From a virus, in IMG/VR virus record IMGVR_UViG_3300048615_000030, positions 1 to 44,828 of that record: 44,828 nt of DNA, one strand, 5' to 3'. Below, piece by piece: positions 22,356-31,450 of this stretch. The notes below the pieces were generated by a model. That model was not told where the DNA came from. It worked only from the letters and a program-made list of their open reading frames with translations, and made no database searches. The position numbers and the translations under genes are program-made. The stretch's first letter is position 1; every line of letters begins with the position of its first letter.

Positions 22356-22679
22356 ATGCTTCCGATCCTGCTGCTTGTCCTCGTATTGGACTGTCAGACC
22401 GTCACCGTCGACCATGAGACGGGAACACCGCAGATCGTCGAATCGGTCGGTGTGAATCCGCGGTTAGGAGTGGAAGGCCATTACCTGGTCGTCACTGACG
22501 ATTATGAGGATGACGTTTCGGACGGGTGGAGTGTCGACGTTTCCGATCCGACGATTGAAACAGTGACGGTCTGCACGGACGGGTCGGTCGCGTTCGGACG
22601 TGAGCAGCCTGTGGAGACCATTGTCTTGTCCGGTCCGTTGGAAGTGTGGCGTCCCTGGTTCGGACACAATCCCGTCTAG
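22356..22679 (+). CDS. Plus-strand ORF with a hydrophobic N-terminus ending ...LVLDC; possible lysogeny-expressed moron or exclusion protein.
   Basis: 107-aa ORF with Asp/Val/Thr/Glu-rich composition like the real genes here and G/C-rich third codon positions. All minus-strand frames across this interval are Arg-rich or broken. It converges on the fibre gene, sharing the CTAG of both stop codons. Confidence 0.5.
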   Translation: MLPILLLVLVLDCQTVTVDHETGTPQIVESVGVNPRLGVEGHYLVVTDDYEDDVSDGWSVDVSDPTIETVTVCTDGSVAFGREQPVETIVLSGPLEVWRPWFGHNPV

Positions 22680-23419
22680 GCGGCTTCGTAAGTGGCAGAG
22701 AATCCGATCGTGTCGCCGGTCCCCCAGGTGAACGGCACCGTCGCTGTGATGGCGATATGTCGGACAGTGGTGGACACGTCGAGGGCTTCCAAGTTGAACC
22801 GTTGAGTCGTGTTGGCGATGATGACCGTTCCGGCACGACGGGCAACTCCGGCCTCGAACAAGGTAGCCGATCCGACATTTGTCGTGTTGTCACCGTAGGA
22901 GGCGTGGCAGGTGACGGGAAGGCTCACCGCCGGGCTGGTGCCGACAGCCGAACCCGACGATCCGAAAGTGAACAGGAATCGAGCGATGACGGTCGACCCG
23001 ATCTGCGTGTACCGGGCGACCACCGTCCCGTTACCTAGAGTGATATTGGTGAGAGTGGGAGACCAGGCTTGCCATACCAGCGCCGATTCGAGAGCGTATT
23101 GCGTATGCGGGTCGCCCGTTGTCAGATTCAGTAGAGACGCATGAGACAATGCTCCGGCGAGCGTTCCGACCGTCGCCGACTTTTTCACATACGACGCTGC
23201 CGAATCCTCCAACAGGATCTCATCCGCCGCGACCGGCACCGTCTTCAACGTGACCGCAGTAATCTCGTCGGCGACATCATCGTGGATCGCCGTATCGTCA
23301 ATATGCGCCAGGTCGATGATCTGCCGTTTGAAAATCTTGATGAACCGGGCGATCCCGGAACTGTCCTCACCGTCATGGGCATGAGCAGGCACGCTCTCAC
23401 GGCCGTCTCGGAAGGTCAC
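22676..23419 (-). CDS. Tail fibre / receptor-binding protein.
   Basis: Last structural gene. Contains the HAHDGEDSSGI and GDPHTQY motifs common in phage fibre proteins, followed by a Thr/Ser/Gly-rich C-terminal domain. Confidence 0.55.
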   Translation of the reverse strand: MTFRDGRESVPAHAHDGEDSSGIARFIKIFKRQIIDLAHIDDTAIHDDVADEITAVTLKTVPVAADEILLEDSAASYVKKSATVGTLAGALSHASLLNLTTGDPHTQYALESALVWQAWSPTLTNITLGNGTVVARYTQIGSTVIARFLFTFGSSGSAVGTSPAVSLPVTCHASYGDNTTNVGSATLFEAGVARRAGTVIIANTTQRFNLEALDVSTTVRHIAITATVPFTWGTGDTIGFSATYEAA

Positions 23420-25329
23420 TGTCGTTGTCCTCGGATGACCACCTGGGCGTACACGGTCGTCGAACCCTTCGACGGAATCCCCTCGAGAGGAGCGGACACC
23501 TGACGGATCTGCCCTTTCACCACTTCGTCGGATCGGAGTAGAGTGGCGGTTACGCTCACGCCGACAAGATCCTGGAGAGCGTCATAGACAGCCTTGCCCA
23601 TTCCCGGCACGGTCGTCGGTTTACGGCCTGGCATTTCCAACCGGTCTGAAATGTTCACGGGAATCACATAATCATGTTCCGTGGGAAGTTGAACACCGCG
23701 GAAGGAGAAGGCGAGCACTTCCGGAGTTTCGTCGTTGTCGTCGTTGGCGGTCAGTTCGACTTTTCCGGCGATGAACCGGGATTCCACACCTGTAATCGCT
23801 GTTTCTTCGGATGCGCCGGGAGCGGCCGGAGTGGCCGTGATAATCGAAGTCCACGACGCGTGGTCGGAGTCGTCGATAGCGGCCGGATCTGTCGAATAGG
23901 ACAGTTCGACTGACGTGCCTGTTGGCAGATCTCCGGTCTGTAGTCGGGCGCCGACCCACGCTTTCTGAGCTGCATTGTAAAAGTCGGCGAGCGGAGAAAT
24001 CAGATAGCCGGTGTCCTCGTATGTGGTGTCTTCCCGGTAGAGGTCGCCAGCACTGATCTTGACGAACAGCCGGTCGTTCACCATTGCGATCCCTTCGGCC
24101 CGATACGAAATCCCGGAGCTCAAGGCCACGTCGAACAGGCGGGTGACTCCGCCGGACGTCAGGTCGTATCGCCACACATGACCAACACTGTTGGACTCTC
24201 GAACTTGGAAGAACACAGCATTGCGGGTTACCAGCATTGTTGCGATTTCCATGTTGTTGGCTGGAGCGGCCGTCCAAGTCCGGAGCAGTTGGAGTCCTCT
24301 CACCGTTCCGCCGACGACCGCACCCCGGTAGAGTCGAGCTACCCCTTTTGTACCGTCATATTCGGCTGTGGCGACCAGGAGAACTCCGCTGGCGAACGCC
24401 ATGGCGGACGGATATTCAAGTCCGGGCATGGGAGTTGAACCGACTTCGACCAGTTCTCCGTCCTCATCGGCGAAAGCCGTTATCACCCCGTTCCCCTCAA
24501 AATGTCCTGCTCCCACCAGGATAACTGACCCTGCGTCGACCACCGTCTGGATGATCGTGCCGGTATAGTTTTTCAACAGGACAGAACCGGTACTGGCGCG
24601 AGCCTCGTACAAGTCTTCGACATTGGACGCGGCGATGATCCGCTGTTTCACCGCCCACAACCGGCCGGGCAAAGTCAGGTCAGACCAGTGCGACCAGGTG
24701 CCTCCGCTGCTGCGGACGTGGATACCGTTGGTGTCCATTCCGGCATAGACTTCGTCGCCGAGAGCCACAATGTCTTTGACCTCGTCGTTGCCTTCTCCGT
24801 CATGAGGATTTTCCACCACCCAGGTCGGAGACGCAGCGGTCGGGTTAATGGTCCGGTCGACCCGTTCGTTGTCGGAGATCACGCCGAGCAGGATGCCGCC
24901 CAGGTTTACCAGAGAATGGTGGGGGGTGGCGTCAGCGTCGCCGGTACGCAGCGAAGACAGAGAGTGGAGGAGTGTGATTGGTTCGGGTTGGCTGGTTTCT
25001 GTCAGCGAAGTTTCGACTCCGGCCGAGTCGAAGAACCGACTCGCATCCTGTTCTGTCGCATCCCTCCGATGAGCCCGGCGTAGTCCTTCTCCGCCGCCGA
25101 AATCGGACCGTGAGAACGATTCGCCGGATTCGGCGCGCATGTCCTCCGGATTCTGCGCGACGTTCGGAGCCTTATCCTCCGGGTCGACCGTTTGGAATTG
25201 GAGAGTCCGACCCGGACCCACCGCCAATCTCAGATACAAGGATTCGGCGTCGGTCGCACCGTATTCGATCAGACCGCCATACCCGGCAGCAGCAGGACGA
25301 GCCACGTTCGCCTTCGTAGGAAGCGTCAT
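23416..25329 (-). CDS. Large tail protein (possible nozzle/hub; repeats suggest a beta-propeller-like fold).
   Basis: 637-aa ORF between a putative adaptor and the fibre. No specific motif recognised. Confidence 0.4.
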   Translation of the reverse strand: MTLPTKANVARPAAAGYGGLIEYGATDAESLYLRLAVGPGRTLQFQTVDPEDKAPNVAQNPEDMRAESGESFSRSDFGGGEGLRRAHRRDATEQDASRFFDSAGVETSLTETSQPEPITLLHSLSSLRTGDADATPHHSLVNLGGILLGVISDNERVDRTINPTAASPTWVVENPHDGEGNDEVKDIVALGDEVYAGMDTNGIHVRSSGGTWSHWSDLTLPGRLWAVKQRIIAASNVEDLYEARASTGSVLLKNYTGTIIQTVVDAGSVILVGAGHFEGNGVITAFADEDGELVEVGSTPMPGLEYPSAMAFASGVLLVATAEYDGTKGVARLYRGAVVGGTVRGLQLLRTWTAAPANNMEIATMLVTRNAVFFQVRESNSVGHVWRYDLTSGGVTRLFDVALSSGISYRAEGIAMVNDRLFVKISAGDLYREDTTYEDTGYLISPLADFYNAAQKAWVGARLQTGDLPTGTSVELSYSTDPAAIDDSDHASWTSIITATPAAPGASEETAITGVESRFIAGKVELTANDDNDETPEVLAFSFRGVQLPTEHDYVIPVNISDRLEMPGRKPTTVPGMGKAVYDALQDLVGVSVTATLLRSDEVVKGQIRQVSAPLEGIPSKGSTTVYAQVVIRGQRQ

Positions 25330-26235
25330 CTAGTACGCCTGGTCTATGACAACTCGGTCGTGTTGCCGGAGAGCCTGCTGTCGTTTCAACGGACGCATCT
25401 GAAAGTCGGCGAACTGCAAGAGCGCATTCCGAATGTCCGTGCCCGATCCGAGAGGCCCGCCAGCCTCCGCCGCTAGCGACTGGGTGATGAAGTCGATGGT
25501 CGCCTGGTTCAAATCCCGGTTCGCTACCAGGCCAGCAACGGCTAGTGGGACGATCACTTTCACCCATCCAACATCCACGTTCAACGCGACCAGCGTGTCT
25601 GCCTCCAATGTTGGACGGACTGTCTTCGACTTGTACACGACCTGGATAGGACTCGTGCCCGCACCCGCGACTTGGATGGCCGTACCCGTCGAGCTCAAAG
25701 GGAAGTCTTGTAGTTCCTCCCATGAGCCGATCCGTGCCCAACGGTTTCCGACGTTGACTCGCATGTCCAGGATTTCGCCGACCTGCGATGGCAGTTCGAT
25801 CGGTTCTGTTCCGCCCCATGTTTCTTCGACGGCTACCTGCCACAAGTCCGGCCAGAGCCCTTCGATAGCGTCGGCGACGGCGGTGAGAATCGAATACCGG
25901 GGAATGTAGTTTTCGCCGGCGATGAGGATTTCCGTGGCGTCGGCGTGGACGGCTGCGGTAGTCCCGTACATGGCCCGTCGGATCGTCAGGGTCAGGTCTG
26001 GTGAGGTGCCGGTCGGGTCGGCTGTCATCAACACCAGTTCCGATTCGATTTCCAAGAGGGCGCCTGCGGCGAGCAGGTCTTCTTCTTCGGGTGTGAGCTG
26101 GGAGGTTTCAGTGATGACGGTCGTGTCGGATGCTGAAATGCCGCCGGTGTCGTTGATGACGAACCGGGACGGCTGCTCTCCTGGAGGTTGAATCCAGTCA
26201 CGGTTGACGCGGTCGATGATCGCTTCGACGGTCAC
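25330..26235 (-). CDS. Virion protein (possible head-to-tail adaptor).
   Basis: 301-aa ORF with a GTG start behind GAGAGGGGGTGAG. The call rests on position only. Confidence 0.35.
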   Translation of the reverse strand: MTVEAIIDRVNRDWIQPPGEQPSRFVINDTGGISASDTTVITETSQLTPEEEDLLAAGALLEIESELVLMTADPTGTSPDLTLTIRRAMYGTTAAVHADATEILIAGENYIPRYSILTAVADAIEGLWPDLWQVAVEETWGGTEPIELPSQVGEILDMRVNVGNRWARIGSWEELQDFPLSSTGTAIQVAGAGTSPIQVVYKSKTVRPTLEADTLVALNVDVGWVKVIVPLAVAGLVANRDLNQATIDFITQSLAAEAGGPLGSGTDIRNALLQFADFQMRPLKRQQALRQHDRVVIDQAY

Positions 26236-26248
26236 GACTCACCCCCTC

Positions 26249-26326
26249 TCAGTATGCGACGCGTAATCTCCGCCGCTTTGGTGCTTTCCGCTTCTTCGGC
26301 TTCTGCGGGCGTTTCCGTTTGACCAT
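26249..26326 (-). CDS. Micro-ORF encoding a 25-aa extremely basic peptide.
   Basis: Hand translation: MVKRKRPQKPKKRKAPKRRRLRVAY. ATG overlaps the upstream stop (TGATG), and its stop lies 13 nt before the next start. Confidence 0.3.
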   Translation of the reverse strand: MVKRKRPQKPKKRKAPKRRRLRVAY

Positions 26327-26682
26327 CAGTCGACGAGAATCAGGTGGACGGTCTGCGGGCCTGACGTTTGTCCGGCGCTTGAAACCAGTTTCAGACTGTG
26401 AACGATCCCAGCGAAGTCGGCCGGGTCGAACGTCGAATACCGGGATGCCTGCACGTCGTTGAGGGTCCTAAGGACGGGCGGGTCTGCATTGTCGTAGACG
26501 CCGAGGAACGTGGCCCCACCATCAACAGAAGCAGTGAACGTGACGTTCACTGTCACCCATCCAGCACCAGTGACAATCCCGGCGAGGGTCAATCCGTTGA
26601 GCTTGCATTCGGTCGACGTGGTTCCCTCGTCGGCGATGACCACTGTTTTGACGGCACGGATCAGTCCGTGTCTGATGCTCAT
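26326..26682 (-). CDS. Hypothetical virion protein (118 aa).
   Basis: ATG 26682 is preceded by AAAGGAG. The upstream part of track ORF 26326..26799 overlaps the beta-helix gene and looks non-coding. Confidence 0.45.
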   Translation of the reverse strand: MSIRHGLIRAVKTVVIADEGTTSTECKLNGLTLAGIVTGAGWVTVNVTFTASVDGGATFLGVYDNADPPVLRTLNDVQASRYSTFDPADFAGIVHSLKLVSSAGQTSGPQTVHLILVD

Positions 26683-26731
26683 AACACTCCTTTGACAGGA
26701 GGAGAAGCCCGAAGACTCCTCCCCCTGCGAG

Positions 26732-27586
26732 TTAGGCGGGTCGGACGGTGTTGACGCCCTCTTCGGTGGTGTTACCCACGTAGAAGACATCATCATCAAT
26801 GATGATCGTGTCCGCCTCGTGCGTGGCGAAAGCGAACACGTTGTTCGCTACCAGCCCGTTAGTCCCTGAACTGTCGATGTCCAAGAACCGGGTCGGAGTC
26901 GTACCAGAGGACTCGCCGAACACGTTCCCTGTGATCCACAGGTCGTTGACGGCTCCGTTCTCCTTGATGCAGTCCGCGGTGAGCTTGGTGAACAGGCTGT
27001 TCGCGATCAACACCTGGTGCATCGCGTCGCCGCCGGAGAATTCGATGTTGACACCTATCGCCGAATTGGCGATATGGCAGTCTTCAATGCGAATGTCCAC
27101 GATCTGACCACCACCAGCCGAAGCCAGTGAGACGGCCTGATCGCCGCCATGCAGCTTGCATCCGGCGACCTGAACCCGTCGTATCTGGCCTGACATGACC
27201 AAACCCGAACCGCCGGAGCGGCCCTCGAGGTTCAGGTTGTACAGGCCGACATCGGACACACCGTCGAGCGTCATCGCTGTAGAAGTGCCCAATGCGACAC
27301 CAGTGACACGAACCGAATGGCGAGGGCCGGCACCGATCAACGTGAGTTGCCCTGTGGTAACCGTCACGTCCTCGTCGTATTCACCAGGTGCGATCAGGAT
27401 CACATCGCCCTCCACCGCAGTATCAACTGCGGTTTGGATGAGCGTGTCCGGACCGCCCGAATCGACCAGATGCAGGTTCCCGTTCGGAGGGATCATCACA
27501 CCATGCGCAGTAACGCCGAGCAGGGCTTGACGCCAGCGAGGATCCATACCGAGCAAGTCCTGGGCTTGGAGGCTTGAAAAACTCAT
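26732..27586 (-). CDS. Right-handed parallel beta-helix (pectin-lyase-fold) protein.
   Basis: GDVILIAPGEYDEDVTVTTGQLTLIGAG, followed by repeated turns of about 22 residues (e.g. ...IANSAIGVNIEFSGGD...). It lies immediately downstream of the capsid gene. Confidence 0.5.
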   Translation of the reverse strand: MSFSSLQAQDLLGMDPRWRQALLGVTAHGVMIPPNGNLHLVDSGGPDTLIQTAVDTAVEGDVILIAPGEYDEDVTVTTGQLTLIGAGPRHSVRVTGVALGTSTAMTLDGVSDVGLYNLNLEGRSGGSGLVMSGQIRRVQVAGCKLHGGDQAVSLASAGGGQIVDIRIEDCHIANSAIGVNIEFSGGDAMHQVLIANSLFTKLTADCIKENGAVNDLWITGNVFGESSGTTPTRFLDIDSSGTNGLVANNVFAFATHEADTIIIDDDVFYVGNTTEEGVNTVRPA

Positions 27587-27599
27587 TTCACTCCTCCTC

Positions 27600-28550
27600 T
27601 CAGGAAGTTGTCAGTCCGGTGATTTTCCCGTGCCACTGTTCCGGTCCGTACTGGATGCCCCATTCGCCGTAAAGCTGCGAACGGTCCGAAGCGCCAGTCT
27701 TCGCGAGAGGCTCCAAGAACAGTTCGCCCTTACCGGGAATGGGCATGACGACCGGCTTCACGAACGCCATGTCGAAAATGCCGAGCACGCCAGCAGTCAC
27801 ATGACGGTTGATCACAACGTCCAACTCGGCGAACGGAGTGATAATGGAACGAATGTTCGCTCCACCAACAGTCCTCGACCGGTCCACGAACGCGTAGATC
27901 TCGTTGACCCGTTGAATCTGCAGGGCAGTACCCATGATCGTCGGACGAATGAACTTCGACCGGGACGTGTGCATTTCCCGGAGCAGTTCGTCGATGTGAT
28001 CCTTCGACAAGTCCGAAGTACCAGCAGCGACAGTGTTCGTAGTGATCGCCGTGAGAATCCCACGGGTCCTACGGCCAGTCGCAGCATCATCCGGATTGTC
28101 GAACGTGCCAGTCAAGAAAGACACTTCCATGTCCTCCGCGCAACGGTCCAACTTCAACGCCTGTTGAAATTCGATCTCGTTGTTGACCGGCTGCTCACCC
28201 AACACGGAAATCGCCGGGGTCGAAACGGTTTCACCACCCGAACCGAGAAACCCAGTGTTCCCCTGCTTCGAATAGTTGACGTCGACGCCGTACTGGAAGA
28301 TCTGAACCACGTTCGACACTTCGGAACGGTCACGTTCCGCATACGTCGGATCCTGACCTTCAGCAATGTCCGGCTGGGCAGCAGACGCATTGTCAGTGGT
28401 CTGCCATGTGAACTGCTTACCTGCGACCTGACGGACACCGTTCATCGCTGCAAGCGTTTTGAACGGAGCGTCCCGGCCGGTCAGGTTGAAAAGCTCGCCA
28501 ACAAAGTTGACAAGATTGACTGTGGTGGCTTGACCTGAAACGGAAGCCAT
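27600..28550 (-). CDS. Major capsid protein.
   Basis: 316-aa ORF directly after the scaffold-like gene, with a strong SD. Called from size and position; no motif-level proof. Confidence 0.6.
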   Translation of the reverse strand: MASVSGQATTVNLVNFVGELFNLTGRDAPFKTLAAMNGVRQVAGKQFTWQTTDNASAAQPDIAEGQDPTYAERDRSEVSNVVQIFQYGVDVNYSKQGNTGFLGSGGETVSTPAISVLGEQPVNNEIEFQQALKLDRCAEDMEVSFLTGTFDNPDDAATGRRTRGILTAITTNTVAAGTSDLSKDHIDELLREMHTSRSKFIRPTIMGTALQIQRVNEIYAFVDRSRTVGGANIRSIITPFAELDVVINRHVTAGVLGIFDMAFVKPVVMPIPGKGELFLEPLAKTGASDRSQLYGEWGIQYGPEQWHGKITGLTTS

Positions 28551-28576
28551 TTGCTATCTCCTTTACGCGGCCACCA

Positions 28577-29023
28577 TCAGCCGTTAGCGCCAAGGAACTG
28601 CTGCAGTTTCAACCGGCCCGAAAGGCCCCAGTCTCCAACTGCCTGAGCTTCCTCGATCGCCTGGGTTTCTGTTGGCGGCTCGTCAGAAGATGTCACCGAA
28701 TTCAAATCGCGTAGACCGTCCGCACTCAATACGGCAGCCTGCTCCGTCGGAGTCAAGATCGGCCTAGACGCAGCCTCAAAGCCGAGCTCTTCGGCTAGAG
28801 ATTTCACAGCGTCCGCATCCGACCCTGGTACGGCGAGTCTTGCGAGGGCTTTCCCTGCGGGAGTGTCCGGGTCGAACCCTGCACTCCTGACCGCCTTCTC
28901 AACGGCGAGAGGTTCCAGTTCGGCAAGACGAGCTTCGAGAGCGTCCTGCTTGGCACGCATGTTCTCAAAGTTGATCTCCTTGTCGGACAGTTCCTCAGAC
29001 ACTTCGATGATTCCCTCTGACAT
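28577..29023 (-). CDS. Scaffolding protein.
   Basis: 148 aa, acidic, predicted helical (MSEGIIEVSEELSDKEINFENMRAKQDALEARLAELE...). AAAGGAGAAACA lies before ATG 29023. Directly upstream of the capsid gene. Confidence 0.55.
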   Translation of the reverse strand: MSEGIIEVSEELSDKEINFENMRAKQDALEARLAELEPLAVEKAVRSAGFDPDTPAGKALARLAVPGSDADAVKSLAEELGFEAASRPILTPTEQAAVLSADGLRDLNSVTSSDEPPTETQAIEEAQAVGDWGLSGRLKLQQFLGANG

Positions 29024-29318
29024 TGTTTCTCCTTTGGCTAACGCCCTCATGCCTACGACTGGTCGGGCGAAACAGTCGGTGGGACACGCCGAGATAAGGA
29101 GAACCACAGGCTTACGCGGTGGTGAGGTTCGCTGGACGCGTCCTGGCACAGCAAACACACAAGGGTTTCGGTCGACTTGGATGGGCTAGTTGTTATAGGC
29201 GATCGGGCGTGAGCCCAAACCCTCGACTAGCGCTCCAAGCGTATGGACAGAAGGGTCCGTGACCTGAGTGGCCTACGTCTTGGCCTAGGACGACCGCGAC
29301 GAACGGTCGAACAATCTC

Positions 29319-29352
29319 ATACTAATCGTATTACCCGGGAAAGTGAGTAAAC
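29319..29352 (-). promoter_or_regulatory. Promoter-like element, copy 2: the same 23-mer plus a TAGTAT -10-like hexamer.
   Basis: On the minus strand, GTTTACTCACTTTCCCGGGTAAT (29352..29330) is followed by 5 nt and then TAGTAT (29324..29319). It lies immediately after the stop at 29354 and about 295 nt upstream of the scaffold ATG. Confidence 0.5.
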
Positions 29353-29353
29353 A

Positions 29354-30322
29354 TCATCGGGCGGTGAGGCCGGTGAGCGCGAAGTCGTCGCGCACGTTCA
29401 CCGAACCCAGGCTCTCAGAGAACAGGGAAGCCTCTGCCCGCAGCAACCGTTGAACCCGTTTCGTCTGAACCGCATCCCCGAAAATCGTGGCGTCGGCGAA
29501 CTCCTCCAAGTCGAACGTGTCGTCAGGATCACGATGCCGCTGGGCGAGCTGATCCAAGTTGAACAGTCGCCCTTCAGCGTCAGCGAAAAACCCTCGAGCG
29601 ATGCTCTGGTCGACTCCGCCGGCGACCAGTCTTCCGGCGAACGACTCGTCCACGTCCAACCCGCGGGCGAGACCTTCCGCCCCGACTTGGGCCATTGAAA
29701 TCTTGTGGTTGAGGATCTGATCTCCGACCCCCTGCGGGTCGATAGCCCAAGCGAACAGGGCCTCGTCCGACATCAGATCAGCACCCTCATACGCTGACAG
29801 AGCAGCACGGACCTGAGGAATGTTCGTTATCACCTGCTCGTACACGCCGCCCAACCTGCCAGCGAGTTCCGAAGGGCTCACGTCGCCCTCCATGAGAGCA
29901 GTGAACTTGTCTTCGAACAGTTGACTGTTCAATCCGAACTCGCGGAACAGGCTCCCGTAGGCTTCCCGAGTGGAGAACCACTCCTGCTCCGACATTCGCA
30001 GAGTCCCGTCGGCACGTTTGATACCAGGGAAAATCGCATCGTACTCTTTCGACGATCGAACGTCGGCCAAGGCGAGGATTGCGTCTCCGGTGTCCTCCCA
30101 CGCAGTAGCGAAAATCCCGACGAGAGCATCGGGCAGCCACGGATAGTAGGCGCGAACTTTCGCCTTCCAATCGATCGGCTCTGGTTTCGGCGGGTCGGTC
30201 GCTCCCTGTCTGTTCGGATCGACCGGAATGACCGGCGCAACATAGCCCGGACCGGACGCTCCCTCCCTGGACGGACCGGTCAGAGGAGAAACCGGATCGG
30301 CTGGTCTCTGCCTGGTAGCCAT
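29354..30322 (-). CDS. Virion-internal / minor head protein (hypothetical).
   Basis: 322-aa ORF in the portal-to-scaffold block. Confidence 0.4.
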   Translation of the reverse strand: MATRQRPADPVSPLTGPSREGASGPGYVAPVIPVDPNRQGATDPPKPEPIDWKAKVRAYYPWLPDALVGIFATAWEDTGDAILALADVRSSKEYDAIFPGIKRADGTLRMSEQEWFSTREAYGSLFREFGLNSQLFEDKFTALMEGDVSPSELAGRLGGVYEQVITNIPQVRAALSAYEGADLMSDEALFAWAIDPQGVGDQILNHKISMAQVGAEGLARGLDVDESFAGRLVAGGVDQSIARGFFADAEGRLFNLDQLAQRHRDPDDTFDLEEFADATIFGDAVQTKRVQRLLRAEASLFSESLGSVNVRDDFALTGLTAR

Positions 30323-30331
30323 TACATCCCC

Positions 30332-31450
30332 CTAGACGATCGACGCGTCGGCTTTGCGGACCTGACCACCAAACGCACCATTCAAATCAGATAGAAGATT
30401 CTGCGTGACCGTCTGATTGTTCCGCTTCAACCCTTCACCACGCAACAGTTTCTCCGCGCCAGCAAGGTCGTTCATACGGACAATCTTCGCGAACAGGGCA
30501 TCCGTCTCGTCAGGAGTTTGACCCCACACTTGAGAGAACACGCCACGCCACGGAGCAGCAATATCCTCATACGTCAAATTCGGATTGTCATATTCGGGGA
30601 ACAAGGCGAGACGATGCTTCCGGAGACTGTCCTCAAGTTCGAGTTTCGCATCAGGATCGTTACGGAGTTTCCCAGCCCACGAATCAATGTTCGCCTTCGA
30701 CCATGAACTAGAATGAGCCGGGCCGAGCCATTCGCTGATCAGATCCTTGACTTGATCTTCCCCCTCGCGGGTCGTGTCACCACCTCGGAACGATTTCAGA
30801 GCATCGTCGAGAGTTCCACCCGCATACGGGTCGGCCAACAGTCGAATCTGAGTGGTCGCGTACGCTTCCGTCCACGAGCCTTGAGTCCACTTGTCAGCGA
30901 CCGTCTGAACGAGCTGTTCGGAAGCGTCGTCCACTCCCGCAGCGCGGAGCAGGTCCGCCACTCGAATCCGATTGTCAGCGATCAACGCGTTCGCCGTAGC
31001 CGGATCCGACGCGTTCAATGATATCCACTGGCGTTCCGTGTCCGAATGGGTCCGCCACCATTCCGACCCTTGCAGTTCAGCATCCGAAATCGACCGGCCC
31101 TCAAGGGCGGCCTGCATCCACAACGTCAGGATTTCACGGTCGGCGAGCCACGGTTTCACTCGGACTTCCGACTCGTAGTTCGAATAGATCGTTTCGACCG
31201 GGTCTTCCTTCGTGTTGATCAGCTCTCGCGAATTGCCGAAGTTCAACGCTCCGGTCTTGTAGAATTCGTCCCACGATCCGAACTTCCGGTCGGCCTTCTT
31301 GATACCGAGAGCGGTACGGTCTTCGCCTGTGACCTCCCAGATCATCGGAATGGGAGGAGACACCCGGTCGTTCATCCGGACCAGATACGTTTTCCCTCCG
31401 ACCTCCCACACGTCAAGATTCGGGGGCACCTGGTTGAGCTGCTGTGCCAT
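30332..31450 (-). CDS. Virion-internal / minor head protein (hypothetical).
   Basis: 372-aa ORF, abutting the stop at 31451. Confidence 0.4.
   Translation of the reverse strand: MAQQLNQVPPNLDVWEVGGKTYLVRMNDRVSPPIPMIWEVTGEDRTALGIKKADRKFGSWDEFYKTGALNFGNSRELINTKEDPVETIYSNYESEVRVKPWLADREILTLWMQAALEGRSISDAELQGSEWWRTHSDTERQWISLNASDPATANALIADNRIRVADLLRAAGVDDASEQLVQTVADKWTQGSWTEAYATTQIRLLADPYAGGTLDDALKSFRGGDTTREGEDQVKDLISEWLGPAHSSSWSKANIDSWAGKLRNDPDAKLELEDSLRKHRLALFPEYDNPNLTYEDIAAPWRGVFSQVWGQTPDETDALFAKIVRMNDLAGAEKLLRGEGLKRNNQTVTQNLLSDLNGAFGGQVRKADASIV

Noticed and set aside
22113-22667. Minus-strand ORFs 22464..22667 and 22113..22415 as fillers of the fibre-endolysin gap.
   Set aside because: The first is Arg-rich and low-complexity. 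The second runs out of frame into the endolysin gene, whose ATG 22305 has a well-placed AGAGGAG. The plus-strand frame has much more gene-like composition.
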